IMG/VR virus record: IMGVR_UViG_3300027834_000011
Span: 1 to 44,744 of that record
Strand: one strand, 5' to 3'
DNA: 44,744 nucleotides
From: a virus
Position numbers and translations under genes: made by a program. Numbering within the stretch: position 1 is the first letter of the stretch; the number at the start of each line of letters is the position of its first letter. The notes beneath the pieces were generated by a model. That model made no database searches. It was not told the DNA's origin and was given only the letters and a program-made list of their open reading frames with translations. Below, one piece after another: positions 1-8,909 of this stretch.

Positions 1-127
1 ATAGGTGAAATTTCAAAGATGAAGCTCCAGTCACTGGACAGGAAAAGGAAGTTTCTGGAGCTGGTTTCACCTTTCCAATCAGAGAATTTGAAAAATCTGC
101 TATTGCTATGGGGGTGGCACCTGTTGA
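1..127. repeat. Terminal direct overlap: identical to 44618-44744. This is circular closure of the assembly, not a biological repeat.
   Basis: Base-by-base reading shows 1-127 (ataggtgaaatttcaaag...ggcacctgttga) equals the last 127 bases of the window. Confidence 0.95.
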
Positions 128-225
128 TTTTTGGCCTCTCTGCATGTTTCAGTTTCAGTCTATTCGTTTGGCTCATCTCCAAAAACACGGACTTCGCCCT
201 GATGGTTCAAGCGCTGGTACAATGA
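1..225 (+). CDS. Zero-frame continuation of the tail assembly chaperone ORF (same ORF as 44303-44744)
   Basis: Same reading frame through the overlap. The distal part (LLLLWGWHLLIFGLSACFSF...) looks non-protein-like, so the functional product probably leaves this frame early. Confidence 0.4.
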   Translation: MGEISKMKLQSLDRKRKFLELVSPFQSENLKNLLLLWGWHLLIFGLSACFSFSLFVWLISKNTDFALMVQALVQ

Positions 226-293
226 CCCTTGCTGACTTAAACGAGTTGAGGAAGGGAGTGAGAGAGGCAGAGGCAAAGAAGAATGGCACTTAA
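9..293 (+). CDS. -1 frame extension of the tail assembly chaperone (gpT-like part of a G/GT-type fusion)
   Basis: The -1 frame is open from base 9 (after TGA 6-8) to TAA 291-293. It has no ATG/GTG/TTG before 108, yet it reads as plausible protein: DEAPVTGQEKEVSGAGFTFPIREFEKSAIAMGVAPVDFWPL...TLADLNELRKG. Its end overlaps the tape measure start at 283. Confidence 0.55.
   Translation, partial: NFKDEAPVTGQEKEVSGAGFTFPIREFEKSAIAMGVAPVDFWPLCMFQFQSIRLAHLQKHGLRPDGSSAGTMTLADLNELRKGVREAEAKKNGT
15..62 (+). promoter_or_regulatory. Candidate -1 frameshift signal: A_AAG slip site (15-18) plus a downstream stem (23-30 pairs with 55-62)
   Basis: In the zero frame, TCA AAG allows tRNA-Lys to re-pair on AAA (15-17). 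An 8-bp perfect stem AGCTCCAG/CTGGAGCT starts 4 nt downstream and encloses a 24-nt loop. Confidence 0.35.
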
Positions 294-2529
294 AGTTGGA
301 ACGCTTCAATATGATATAGATGTTGACACAAGAGGCCTTAATAAGGCAGTGTCTTCAACTAACAGGTTGTTCAGTCGCCTTGGTCGCACCATTGCTGCTG
401 CTCTATCATTTGAAGCTGCCCGGCGCACCGTTCTCCTAGCTGAGAAAATGACCCTGTTGGATGTTCGCATCAAGAATGTGACAAAGTCCACCAAGGAATT
501 TACAAAGTCTCAACAAGAGCTAATTCGCACAGCCAATAGCACTGGCCAATCATTCCAAGCAACTGTCCAGTTGTTTGAGCGCCTTAAGATTGCCTCCAAA
601 GATATTGGAGCAAGCAATGACCAAGTTTTGAGACTCACTGAGACAGTCCAAAAGCTTGGTGTTGTTGGTGGTTCATCTGTTGATGAGATGAAGTTCTCCC
701 TTCGCCAGTTCTCCCAAGCAATGGCAGAGGGTCTTGTGCGTGCGCAAGAATTTAACTCCATTGTTGAGAACACCCCATTCATCATGGATGCCATTGCTGA
801 CTCTATGGGTGTATCAATTGGCCAGCTTCGCCAAATGTCCAGAGAGGGCAAGCTTCTCTCCAAGGATGTATTCAACGCACTTCTAGCAAAGCAGGATGAG
901 GTTGTTGAGCGCTTTGAGAAATTCCCTTTGACAACTTCACGTGCCATGCAGGCAATTGAGAATAACTTTGGCCAAGCAATCAAGAAGATCAATGATGAAA
1001 TTGAGGCTTCTCCCCCTCTTGCTAAGTTCTTTCAAGAAATGGCAAACAAAATCCCTAAGTGGGGCAATGATTTCTTGCGGGCAATCAACACAGTTCAAGC
1101 TGGTTGGGTTGTTCTCACTGCTACCTTTGAGGCCAAGTGGGATATTATGCTCCAAAGGCTATCGCTGGCTTGGGATCAGTTCAAAGGGGCCTTTACATCT
1201 GGTGGAGCTGACATTGAATTCTCTTGGGAAATCCTAACCAAGACAATTGGCTTTCTTTGGTCTAAGGCCTTGGACACAATGGAGCTTACATATGCCAAGT
1301 TCATAGCTGGTGTTGCTGAGGTTGCTGATGCCACCGGGTTTGATGACATAGCTGAGTCACTTAGAGGGACAGCTAAAGAGTTCCTTGGTGCATCCCATGA
1401 TGCCAAAGCCTTAAAGACTGAAATTGAAGGCCTTGTTGTATCTAATAATAAAAGGAAAGAGGCAGAGGCCAATGCCAATGAGGAGCGCATTGCAGCTCAC
1501 AAAAAGGCAGTGGCTGAAATCCTTGAGAAGAAGAAAACAGCGATTGGTGCTGCTGCTGAAGAGCTTGATGCTGATCTAGCGCGCATTAATGCTGTAGAAG
1601 AGGCAGAACGCAAGGCCCGGGAAGCCAAATTGCCGGGGGGTCTTGTTGAGGATAAGCAAGCCCCTTCTGTTGATGGGATAGAGGTAAATGCTGGCGTGAC
1701 AGGAAGCATAGAGCAGTTGATGGCTGATATGGGCAATGAGACTCAAGCAATTCTCAACGCCTTAAGAGAACGCAACAAGAAAATCCTTGATGCCACAGAA
1801 GAAGGTGAGACAGCTAGAGAGGATTTGATCAGAGAGAGCCGGAAAAAATTCAACAGAGACATGTTGGCATTTGAAAAGCAAAATGCGATTATGGGCCTTC
1901 AACAGATTGGAAGCTTTCTGGATCAACTGGTTGGTGTTCTGGCTGCTGGCGGCAAGAAGCAAAATGCCCTTTACAAAGGATTGTTCTTGGCCATGAAAGC
2001 TATCCAAGTGGCAACCATTATTGCTGAGACTGAGGTTGGCGCTGCCAAGGCAATTGGCCTCATGGGTCCGTTTGGGCTTCCTCTAGCCAATGTCATTAGA
2101 GCATCCGGGTATGCATCTGCTGGCTTAGTGGCTGGCCTAGCCATTGGAGACACTTTCTCAGGCGGTGGCAGGGTTTCTGGCGGTGATGTGTTTGCTGGCG
2201 CAATGCACCCAGTCAATGAGAATGGAAATCCAGAAATACTTGTGCAGGGTGGGAGGCAATTCCTCTTGCCGGGCAGTAGTGGTGGCAAGATTGTTCCAAC
2301 AGGGGGCACAGGGATGGGTGGGAGCGCGCCCTCCATCACAATTAACAACAATGGTCCAGCAATTGATGTGGAAAGCTCTAGGATGTCAGATGGCGAGATT
2401 GTCTTGGCAATTAAGGCAGCAGAAGATACTGCAGTGAGCAGAGTGGATACAAGCCTTGCCTCTCAAAGAGGTTCAACTTATAAATCCTTGAGAGAGGGTG
2501 CTGATGTGGGGAGAAATATCCGTGGCTGA
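283..2529 (+). CDS. Tail tape measure protein
   Basis: 748 aa, directly after the chaperone. It has long Ala/Glu/Lys-rich helical stretches and a Gly-rich C-terminus. The N-terminal core (LRQFSQAMAEGLVRAQEFNSIVENTPFIMDAIADSMGVSIGQLRQMSREGKL) is typical of tape measure proteins. Confidence 0.9.
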   Translation: MALKVGTLQYDIDVDTRGLNKAVSSTNRLFSRLGRTIAAALSFEAARRTVLLAEKMTLLDVRIKNVTKSTKEFTKSQQELIRTANSTGQSFQATVQLFERLKIASKDIGASNDQVLRLTETVQKLGVVGGSSVDEMKFSLRQFSQAMAEGLVRAQEFNSIVENTPFIMDAIADSMGVSIGQLRQMSREGKLLSKDVFNALLAKQDEVVERFEKFPLTTSRAMQAIENNFGQAIKKINDEIEASPPLAKFFQEMANKIPKWGNDFLRAINTVQAGWVVLTATFEAKWDIMLQRLSLAWDQFKGAFTSGGADIEFSWEILTKTIGFLWSKALDTMELTYAKFIAGVAEVADATGFDDIAESLRGTAKEFLGASHDAKALKTEIEGLVVSNNKRKEAEANANEERIAAHKKAVAEILEKKKTAIGAAAEELDADLARINAVEEAERKAREAKLPGGLVEDKQAPSVDGIEVNAGVTGSIEQLMADMGNETQAILNALRERNKKILDATEEGETAREDLIRESRKKFNRDMLAFEKQNAIMGLQQIGSFLDQLVGVLAAGGKKQNALYKGLFLAMKAIQVATIIAETEVGAAKAIGLMGPFGLPLANVIRASGYASAGLVAGLAIGDTFSGGGRVSGGDVFAGAMHPVNENGNPEILVQGGRQFLLPGSSGGKIVPTGGTGMGGSAPSITINNNGPAIDVESSRMSDGEIVLAIKAAEDTAVSRVDTSLASQRGSTYKSLREGADVGRNIRG

Positions 2530-3034
2530 ACAATGGCCTAAACTTAACACCGATATTTTGCTTGCTGGGTATAGCCCGGTTGAAAATTCGCACACCCAAA
2601 ATAACAAGGTTCAATCTGGCGCACTCCGCTTTGAGTTGTTGACGGATGTTGTTCCAATGAATGCAAAGATCACCCTCAACTTGTCCTCATTTGATTTCCA
2701 GTTGTTTGATGGCTGGTTCAAAAAGACAATTGCCTATGGATCAAAATCATTTATAGTTCCGCTCAAGGTTGGGATGGGTGTTGTTGATCATGAGTGCTAT
2801 TTTCTTGGCCCATATGTGCCAAGCCCCATTGGCCAGAGATGGAAAGTTTCAGCCACACTGATAGCCATTCAGAAGCAATATAATACGGATGCTGATATTG
2901 ATCAATTGATGGTGCTGGCTGAGTTGACTGATGACTTGTATAATGATCAATTCTTTATTGACTTTGATACATTCTTGAATGTCACCCTTCCTGATGCTTG
3001 GGAGAATATACAATATGGAACGGATTTTAGTTAA
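2522..3034 (+). CDS. Minor/distal tail protein, lambda gpM-like, with a C-terminal add-on module
   Basis: GTG 2522 is preceded by GGGGAG (2509-2514) and overlaps the tape measure stop; the longest ORF starts at ATG 2498. It is the first gene after the tape measure. The W...SG.LR...L.L....F..F....GSKSF pattern resembles gpM. The last 33 aa recur in 43747-43851. Confidence 0.6.
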   Translation: MAEQWPKLNTDILLAGYSPVENSHTQNNKVQSGALRFELLTDVVPMNAKITLNLSSFDFQLFDGWFKKTIAYGSKSFIVPLKVGMGVVDHECYFLGPYVPSPIGQRWKVSATLIAIQKQYNTDADIDQLMVLAELTDDLYNDQFFIDFDTFLNVTLPDAWENIQYGTDFS

Positions 3035-3558
3035 TGGCAGTTGATCAAGAAGCTTGGAATAGGTTTTTGGCCTCAGCACCAGAGGGTGTTAGGGAGTACA
3101 GAACTATTGAGCTGAGTCACCCTGAATTCTCTGCTGGCCAACTTCGCTTTGTTAAGGATTATGTTGATGCTGATCTTGGACTTGAGGCTGATGCCCCAAG
3201 AAACCCCGGCGAAGTTGTGACCTTTACAGCAATTGCTATGGATGTCAAAGAGCCAGATGAAACAGGCGATGCAGAGCAAATCCTTCAAATAAACCTTGGC
3301 GCTGTTGGTGGTGAGGTTCAAGATGTTCTAAAGGAGATAACTGCAGCAGGGGTGCTAACTCCAATCCAAGTAATTTATCGAAAATACTATGGAGGGGATT
3401 TGACTGAGCCTGTTGTGAGATTATCCTTGTCAGCATCTGGACTTAAATTCAAATCATATGCAGCAGTTGCATTTACAGCAGAAGATATCGACTTGGCAGT
3501 GAAGCCAAGTGGTGAAATATACACAACAGAGCGATTTCCGGGATTGGTGGGAGTATGA
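3034..3558 (+). CDS. Minor tail protein, gpL-position (DUF1833-like by eye)
   Basis: TAATG coupling to the previous gene. It is the second gene after the tape measure. It has YRTIELSHPEF..LRFV and a C-terminal YTTERFPGL. Confidence 0.55.
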   Translation: MAVDQEAWNRFLASAPEGVREYRTIELSHPEFSAGQLRFVKDYVDADLGLEADAPRNPGEVVTFTAIAMDVKEPDETGDAEQILQINLGAVGGEVQDVLKEITAAGVLTPIQVIYRKYYGGDLTEPVVRLSLSASGLKFKSYAAVAFTAEDIDLAVKPSGEIYTTERFPGLVGV

Positions 3559-3968
3559 TTGAAATAAGACATTTGATAGGAGTTCCATACTTGGAAGGAG
3601 GCTTCACACTAGAAGGAGCTGACTGTTGGGGAATAACCCTGTTGGCACTCCAAGAATTTGGAGTTGATCTTGATGATTTTGCTGGCAAGTATTTTTCTGG
3701 TGATGAGCTTGGATCAATCATAGCCTCAGAGAAAGGTGCTTCTGATTGGAAGCTAGTTGAAGAGCCAACCCCCGGAACTGTTGTCTTGATGAAGAGTGTT
3801 GGTGTGGAATACTTTGACCACATTGGCGTTTACATTGGGAAAGATTGGGTGCTTCACACTCATGGGATGGGTTCAGGAAGTTGCATAAACCGCTTGAGAT
3901 CAATTGACCGGGCATTCAAAGAATTGGAGTTTTATGAGCACACAACCCTCAATAACAATCCTTCATGA
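3555..3968 (+). CDS. NlpC/P60 (C40) peptidase-domain tail protein, gpK-like
   Basis: ATGA coupling. Catalytic Cys context GADCWGITLLAL, His context FDHIGVYIG and a downstream HTH. It occupies the gpK position in the tail tip block. Confidence 0.8.
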   Translation: MIEIRHLIGVPYLEGGFTLEGADCWGITLLALQEFGVDLDDFAGKYFSGDELGSIIASEKGASDWKLVEEPTPGTVVLMKSVGVEYFDHIGVYIGKDWVLHTHGMGSGSCINRLRSIDRAFKELEFYEHTTLNNNPS

Positions 3969-6432
3969 CCCAGCAGGGAAGTTGAAGCGAGAATTTGAGC
4001 AAGCCTCTATTGGACAGAGGCTTGATGAGTGGCTTATTGACTTTTATGGCCCAGATGGATTTACCACGCCCACAAGAATTTTCCGTGGGGAGATAAATGA
4101 GAAGCATGAGCTTAAGCTTGAGGACATATTTGGCTTAGTCCTAAAAGAGGGTGACATCATCACAATTGTCCACTGCCCAGCAAGCCCATTGGCTATATTT
4201 GTTGGCGCATTGATTGTTGGGGTTGCAGCCTCAGTTCTTTTGCGCCCAAGCCTCCCTGACATAGAAAGCCCTGAATATGTCCAGCCTGTTGAGTCGCCAA
4301 ACAATAGATTGAGTGGCCAGACAAACATTGCACGGCCTTTTCAAAGAATTCCAGACTTGTTTGGGCAAAACAGAATTTATCCTGATCTGATTGCAAAGAC
4401 ATATTTTGAATACATCGCCAACATAAAATATGTCACAGAGTTTCTCTGCATTGGCCGGGGGGAATATCTTGTTGAAGATTTAAAGGCTGGTGAAACTCTC
4501 ATTTCTGATATTGAAGGGTCATCTGCTGTTGTCTATGAGCCAGATACAAGGCCAGACATCTTGCTTGATGTCACTGAGTCAGGGCAAGTTGATGGCCAAG
4601 AAGTCAATGCGCCAAACGATGGCACAGGGGTTGATTTATCAAATAAGACAGTTTTCTGGAATAGCTCTTCTGTGTTCTCAGGGTTTCAACTTACAGGGTT
4701 GGGAGGGCTGCAAAATGGGGATAGCATAACCATCGCAAATTCATCTACCAATGATGGGACTTACACTGTGGAAGCAGTTGAAATCATTTTTGATGCTGAA
4801 TTGCACATCACGGAAACACTTGTTGAGGTTCAGGAAACCACTTTTGATCTTGGAGTTGACACAGGAGTTGACATAACAAGCAGCGAGGGAAATCCTTCCA
4901 CAATTGGCCCTTTTGTTGTTCCCGGTGGCACAGAGAGAATTTGGATTGACATCCAGTGCCCAAAAGGGCTTCAAGAAATTGATGGGACAGATAGAAATCA
5001 AGTGACTGTGGAATTTGAAGCACACCTTCAGCGCCTTGATGGCGATGGTGACCCCCTTGGCGCAGTTCAGACTGAGACATTTGAGGTGAGCGGAAACACC
5101 CAAGACCCTCAATTTGAGACATTCAAGTTCACTCCTGATTTTCAAGGTGATCCATATGAGGTTTCAGTTGAGCGCCTCACCAACACAGTAAATGACTCCA
5201 CAATCCAATATTTTGACCTGACAAAGTGGACAAGGCTTGCTGGGGTTGATGAGCTGAGTGATGTTGATGTCCCTGATTTTGGTGATGTTACAACTGTTCA
5301 GATTACAACCAAGGCCACCGAGCAAGCAACCTCTTTGCAAAAGAGAGAGTTCAATGCGGTTGTCACACGGAAGCTTAAGACATATGACATTGACACCCAG
5401 ACAATAAGTGTTGGAACATCTGCAACTGCCCGGATGGCTGATGCAGCAATGCACCTTCTGATGGACCCATTTGGGGGCAACAAGTCCCAATCAGGAATTG
5501 ATCTTGATGGGCTTTACACAATTCAAGAAAGCATTGAAGGTGATCCAATTTATGGTGATGATCTTGGGCGCTTCTGCTACTCTTTCTCAAACTCCAAAAC
5601 ATCTGTTGGGGATGAGCTCAGAACAATCCTCCTTGCAGCTAGGTGCACAGCATATCGAGTTGGAGACACAATCAATTTTGTCCGGGATGAGGCCAAGCCA
5701 TTCCCTGTGATGTTGTTTGGGAAGAGAAATAAAGCCCCTGACACAGAGGTGAAATCTGTAAAGCTATTTAAGCCCGGTGATTTTGATGGTGTGCAACTTC
5801 AGTGGCAAGACCAAGAAACAGGAACTCCATCCACCATATTATTCCCAGAGGAAACAGGTGGTGGATCAAATAATAAAACACTCAATGCTGCTGGAATAAA
5901 AAATTATCTTCAGGCTTGGAACTTTGCCAAGGTTGAATATGATCGCTTGCTCTATCAACGCACTGCTGTATCAACAAAGGTCACCAAGGATGGATTGATG
6001 GCTGTTGTTCATGATAGGGTGGCCAATGTTGATGGCACCAATGTAAGAGCACAGGATGGTGAGATTGTAGATTATTCTGGGCTTGAAGTGATCACATCTG
6101 ATCCAATTGATTTTGAAGGCCAAGCATCAGGAAGTGTTCTGATAAGAAATGATGATGGAGAATTGTCAGGTGAGCTTGCTGTTACACCAAGAGGGGATAG
6201 CGAGAATGGATTTGTCTTTTCCTCAAGCCCAACATATAATATTTTCCTTAGAGGCGAAAATGATTATCAGATAGGGATGTTGTACAAGTTTGTCCCTGAT
6301 GTTGTTCAGAGCCATGATGATGATGATTATACCATCCAAGAGGTTTCTCCCTCTTCTGATGGATATGTTGAGATTAGGCTTATTAAATATGATGACCGGA
6401 TTTATGGTGCAGATACCACAGTGCCAACATAG
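3934..6432 (+). CDS. Tail tip / host specificity protein (gpJ-like) with a possible gpI-like N-terminal domain
   Basis: ATG 3934 follows GGAG (3926-3929); the longest ORF starts at 3904. The product is 832 aa and follows the NlpC/P60 protein. The N-terminal ~110 aa end in a hydrophobic stretch (PLAIFVGALIVGVAASVLL), as in tail assembly protein I. Confidence 0.6.
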   Translation: MSTQPSITILHDPAGKLKREFEQASIGQRLDEWLIDFYGPDGFTTPTRIFRGEINEKHELKLEDIFGLVLKEGDIITIVHCPASPLAIFVGALIVGVAASVLLRPSLPDIESPEYVQPVESPNNRLSGQTNIARPFQRIPDLFGQNRIYPDLIAKTYFEYIANIKYVTEFLCIGRGEYLVEDLKAGETLISDIEGSSAVVYEPDTRPDILLDVTESGQVDGQEVNAPNDGTGVDLSNKTVFWNSSSVFSGFQLTGLGGLQNGDSITIANSSTNDGTYTVEAVEIIFDAELHITETLVEVQETTFDLGVDTGVDITSSEGNPSTIGPFVVPGGTERIWIDIQCPKGLQEIDGTDRNQVTVEFEAHLQRLDGDGDPLGAVQTETFEVSGNTQDPQFETFKFTPDFQGDPYEVSVERLTNTVNDSTIQYFDLTKWTRLAGVDELSDVDVPDFGDVTTVQITTKATEQATSLQKREFNAVVTRKLKTYDIDTQTISVGTSATARMADAAMHLLMDPFGGNKSQSGIDLDGLYTIQESIEGDPIYGDDLGRFCYSFSNSKTSVGDELRTILLAARCTAYRVGDTINFVRDEAKPFPVMLFGKRNKAPDTEVKSVKLFKPGDFDGVQLQWQDQETGTPSTILFPEETGGGSNNKTLNAAGIKNYLQAWNFAKVEYDRLLYQRTAVSTKVTKDGLMAVVHDRVANVDGTNVRAQDGEIVDYSGLEVITSDPIDFEGQASGSVLIRNDDGELSGELAVTPRGDSENGFVFSSSPTYNIFLRGENDYQIGMLYKFVPDVVQSHDDDDYTIQEVSPSSDGYVEIRLIKYDDRIYGADTTVPT

Positions 6433-6469
6433 GCAACCCACAAATGATGATAGGGATTAGGAGAGTAAA

Positions 6470-7558
6470 ATGGCTTTAAGTGCAGCAGATATTGCGAGAG
6501 CAGAAACCAATGTAAATGCAGTTAATGCATGGGCAGAAGGTGATGAAACTACATCCACAGCAATGGCCAATGGGCGCATTGTTCCGTCACCAGCCAAAGT
6601 TATCTATAACGCACACTTATTTAAAACCCCCACAGCTTATAGTGCTGCAGCAACATACACTGATGCCACCGAGCCAGTGACCCAAGGCGGCATCACCTAT
6701 GCTCCACAGATTGGGCAACTTCCAATTGGTCCAGAAGCTTTTGACAGCAATAAGTGGTATGTGTTGCAGGGCTATGTAAGTGGTTCGGGTGCTGACCTAG
6801 ACATGGCGGGTGGTGATCTTGATATGGCTGGCGGTGATATTGATAATGCGGGTGTAGGTGTTTTTACTGGCAAGGTGCAGATAGCCCCATCAACGGGAAC
6901 AAATCCTGCTTCTATTCAATTTACAAATACGGGGGGTAACGCCTTCTTTGGTGTTGATAATAGCGCGGGTTCAAATTTTGCTTCATCACCTTACGCCACT
7001 GTAGTTTATTATATCTCAGGAAGGGAATTCATTTTCAGTGACAACGGGACGACTGTTGCAAAATTCGAGGCTAGTACAGGTGTTCTTGACCTATCCTCAA
7101 ACGGTGTAAAGCTAGGCGGTACGGCGGCGGCTAATCTGCTAGATGATTATGAAGAAGGGACTTTCACGCCCGAAATAAGTGATACAAGTTCGCCCGTTTC
7201 AAAAGGTCAAACATATAGTGCACAAATAGGGCGATATACCAAAATAGGAAACCGCGTTATTTGCATGGTAAATATAACGATGTCCTCAATAGGAACGCTT
7301 ATAGTTGGTTCTACTGCTAATATCGTGGGTCTTCCTTTTACCTCAGAGGGTACGGGCTTCAATAACCCAAGCGCTGTGGTTAGGGGGTCGGGTTTAAACC
7401 TTGGCGCAGTAGGAAACAACCTAGTGTTTCAAATGAACCGCGCGCAATCCGCTGGCGATTTATGGGTTTATGACACTGTCGGAGGCGTCACTGGCCTACA
7501 AATTTCAGAGCTTTCGGCAAGCGGTAGTATTCAATTAACTTTAATTTACGAAGTTTAA
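6470..7558 (+). CDS. Tail fibre / receptor-binding protein
   Basis: AGGAGA RBS. It follows the J-like gene. It contains the internal repeats DLDMAGG DLDMAGG DIDNAGV and a Gly/Ser/Thr-rich beta-type C-terminal domain (GTFTPEISD...GRYTKIGNRVICMV...GLPFTSEG). Confidence 0.7.
   Translation: MALSAADIARAETNVNAVNAWAEGDETTSTAMANGRIVPSPAKVIYNAHLFKTPTAYSAAATYTDATEPVTQGGITYAPQIGQLPIGPEAFDSNKWYVLQGYVSGSGADLDMAGGDLDMAGGDIDNAGVGVFTGKVQIAPSTGTNPASIQFTNTGGNAFFGVDNSAGSNFASSPYATVVYYISGREFIFSDNGTTVAKFEASTGVLDLSSNGVKLGGTAAANLLDDYEEGTFTPEISDTSSPVSKGQTYSAQIGRYTKIGNRVICMVNITMSSIGTLIVGSTANIVGLPFTSEGTGFNNPSAVVRGSGLNLGAVGNNLVFQMNRAQSAGDLWVYDTVGGVTGLQISELSASGSIQLTLIYEV
6794..6856 (+). repeat. Three tandem 21-nt (7-aa) repeats inside the tail fibre gene
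   Basis: gacctagacatggcgggtggt / gatcttgatatggctggcggt / gatattgataatgcgggtgta. Confidence 0.85.
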
Positions 7559-7568
7559 GGATTTAAAA

Positions 7569-8057
7569 ATGACTATTCAAACAAGAACTATAATTGACCA
7601 TATCCGCAAGGTTTCAATCGCGGCAACTGATGAACACGCAGCGAATACAATCTATGAAGTTAAGCGGGTCACTGAAACTTACGATGATGCAATCACACCT
7701 GTTGAAGCGGTGGATGCAGTTACTGAAATGCAACCTGTTATTATTCCAGCAAGCCCTGCAACCTATGAAAAAAATGACAATGGAGCGCTTGTAAAAATCT
7801 CAGCAGCTGTTAAGTCATATCCAGCAATGACTGAATATGTTAAAGCCACATACAATTACAAAGGCGAAGAGCTTACACCAGCTATTGAAGCTGAACCAAT
7901 TCTTGAAGAAGTGGTGGTCACACCAGCTATTGAAGCTGTTACTGATGTAACAGAAGTTTCGCCGCCTCACAGATCAACTTATGCTGAGGCAGACCTTCCA
8001 GAGGATGTTTCAGCCCACATCAACACCCATGGTGTTGATTGCGAAAAGGGCATTTAA
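7569..8057 (+). CDS. Hypothetical acidic protein downstream of the fibre (possible fibre accessory/chaperone)
   Basis: AAGGA RBS, 162 aa. A 19-nt direct repeat (7875-7893 and 7920-7938) encodes TPAIEA twice. There is no recognisable domain. Confidence 0.5.
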   Translation: MTIQTRTIIDHIRKVSIAATDEHAANTIYEVKRVTETYDDAITPVEAVDAVTEMQPVIIPASPATYEKNDNGALVKISAAVKSYPAMTEYVKATYNYKGEELTPAIEAEPILEEVVVTPAIEAVTDVTEVSPPHRSTYAEADLPEDVSAHINTHGVDCEKGI

Positions 8058-8194
8058 TCAAATCTGTTTTGAGTGATTGGGAGTGATGGGATGAATTATG
8101 GTCGATTGGTTACCAACAGTTTTGTTGATTATGGCGTTTCTATTTCCCATCATCACAATCGCAAGGTTTGTGGATGGAATAAGGAATTGGTGGC

Positions 8195-8470
8195 ATGAAA
8201 AGCACAATGTACAGAGACATAGCAAATCTATCAGCCGGGGCATCAGTCACGAGCGGGGGGATGATGGGATTTCTTTCAGCCAATGCCGCTGCGCTCGGTG
8301 TCCTAATTTCAACAACAACTCTTGTGATGGGCTTTATATTCTATCTTCTGAATTATCGCCTAAACAGACAGAAGATGAAGTTGAAGGGTGAACAACTAGC
8401 GCTTGACAATAAGCTGCTGGAAGAACGGAAAGCGCTAGACAGGCGCAGAAAAGGAGAAGATGATGCTTAG
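8195..8470 (+). CDS. Holin-like small membrane protein
   Basis: 91 aa with two hydrophobic segments (GASVTSGGMMGFLSANAAALGVL; TTTLVMGFIFYLL) followed by a highly charged C-terminus. It lies upstream of the endolysin. Confidence 0.5.
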   Translation: MKSTMYRDIANLSAGASVTSGGMMGFLSANAAALGVLISTTTLVMGFIFYLLNYRLNRQKMKLKGEQLALDNKLLEERKALDRRRKGEDDA

Positions 8471-8909
8471 TTTATTTGGATCACTGTTGGGCTTTGGAAC
8501 AAGCTTCCTCCCAAAAGTGTTGGGCTTTTTTGAGAAGAAGCGTGACCAGAAGCATGAAATTGCACTGCAACAAGAAATCAGGATCACCAATAAGGAGCTT
8601 GCTGGGCAGGCTCTTGAGTTGGCGACAACATCTGGTGAGATTAAGTATGCTGTGGAGAACCAGAAGCAAGCCGGGAAGCCAACAGGCATCACTTGGGTTG
8701 ATGCTCTGCGTGGCAGTGTAAGGCCTGTTGTCACATATATCTTTGTGGTTGAATTTGTGATCTTACAATTCATTGTATACTTCACAGCCACAAGCACTGG
8801 GGTTGACGCTCTTGAGGCTGCTAGGTTGGTCTTAGATGATCAGTTTGTTGCAGGCTTCTGGGGAATTATCTCTCACTGGTTTGGCAACAGAACCTTTAAC
8901 AGAAAATGA
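8460..8909 (+). CDS. Membrane protein, possible 3-TM (GTA-type) holin
   Basis: AAGGAG RBS. Hydrophobic segments are LFGSLLGFGTSFLPKVLGFF, VVTYIFVVEFVILQFIVYF and GFWGIISHWF. It is ATGA-coupled to the endolysin. Confidence 0.45.
   Translation: MMLSLFGSLLGFGTSFLPKVLGFFEKKRDQKHEIALQQEIRITNKELAGQALELATTSGEIKYAVENQKQAGKPTGITWVDALRGSVRPVVTYIFVVEFVILQFIVYFTATSTGVDALEAARLVLDDQFVAGFWGIISHWFGNRTFNRK

Noticed and set aside
19-293. Track ORFs 19-225 and 108-293 as independent small genes
   Set aside because: Both are fragments created by linearising the circle. 19-225 is the interior of the chaperone ORF that starts at 44303. The conserved-looking sequence of the second frame begins well upstream of Met108, where no start codon exists.
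6470-8057. Diversity-generating retroelement acting on the fibre
   Set aside because: There is no reverse transcriptase ORF anywhere in the genome and no template/variable repeat pair. The only repeats are short in-frame tandem units.
8098-8391. 97-aa ORF with a convincing N-terminal TM helix (WLPTVLLIMAFLFPIITIA) upstream of the lysis genes
   Set aside because: From 8195 onward it overlaps the better-looking holin-like frame, and its own translation becomes Cys/Ser/Arg-rich noise. Only the first ~30 codons look real, and no stop ends them. It is left unannotated, although a short membrane peptide cannot be excluded.
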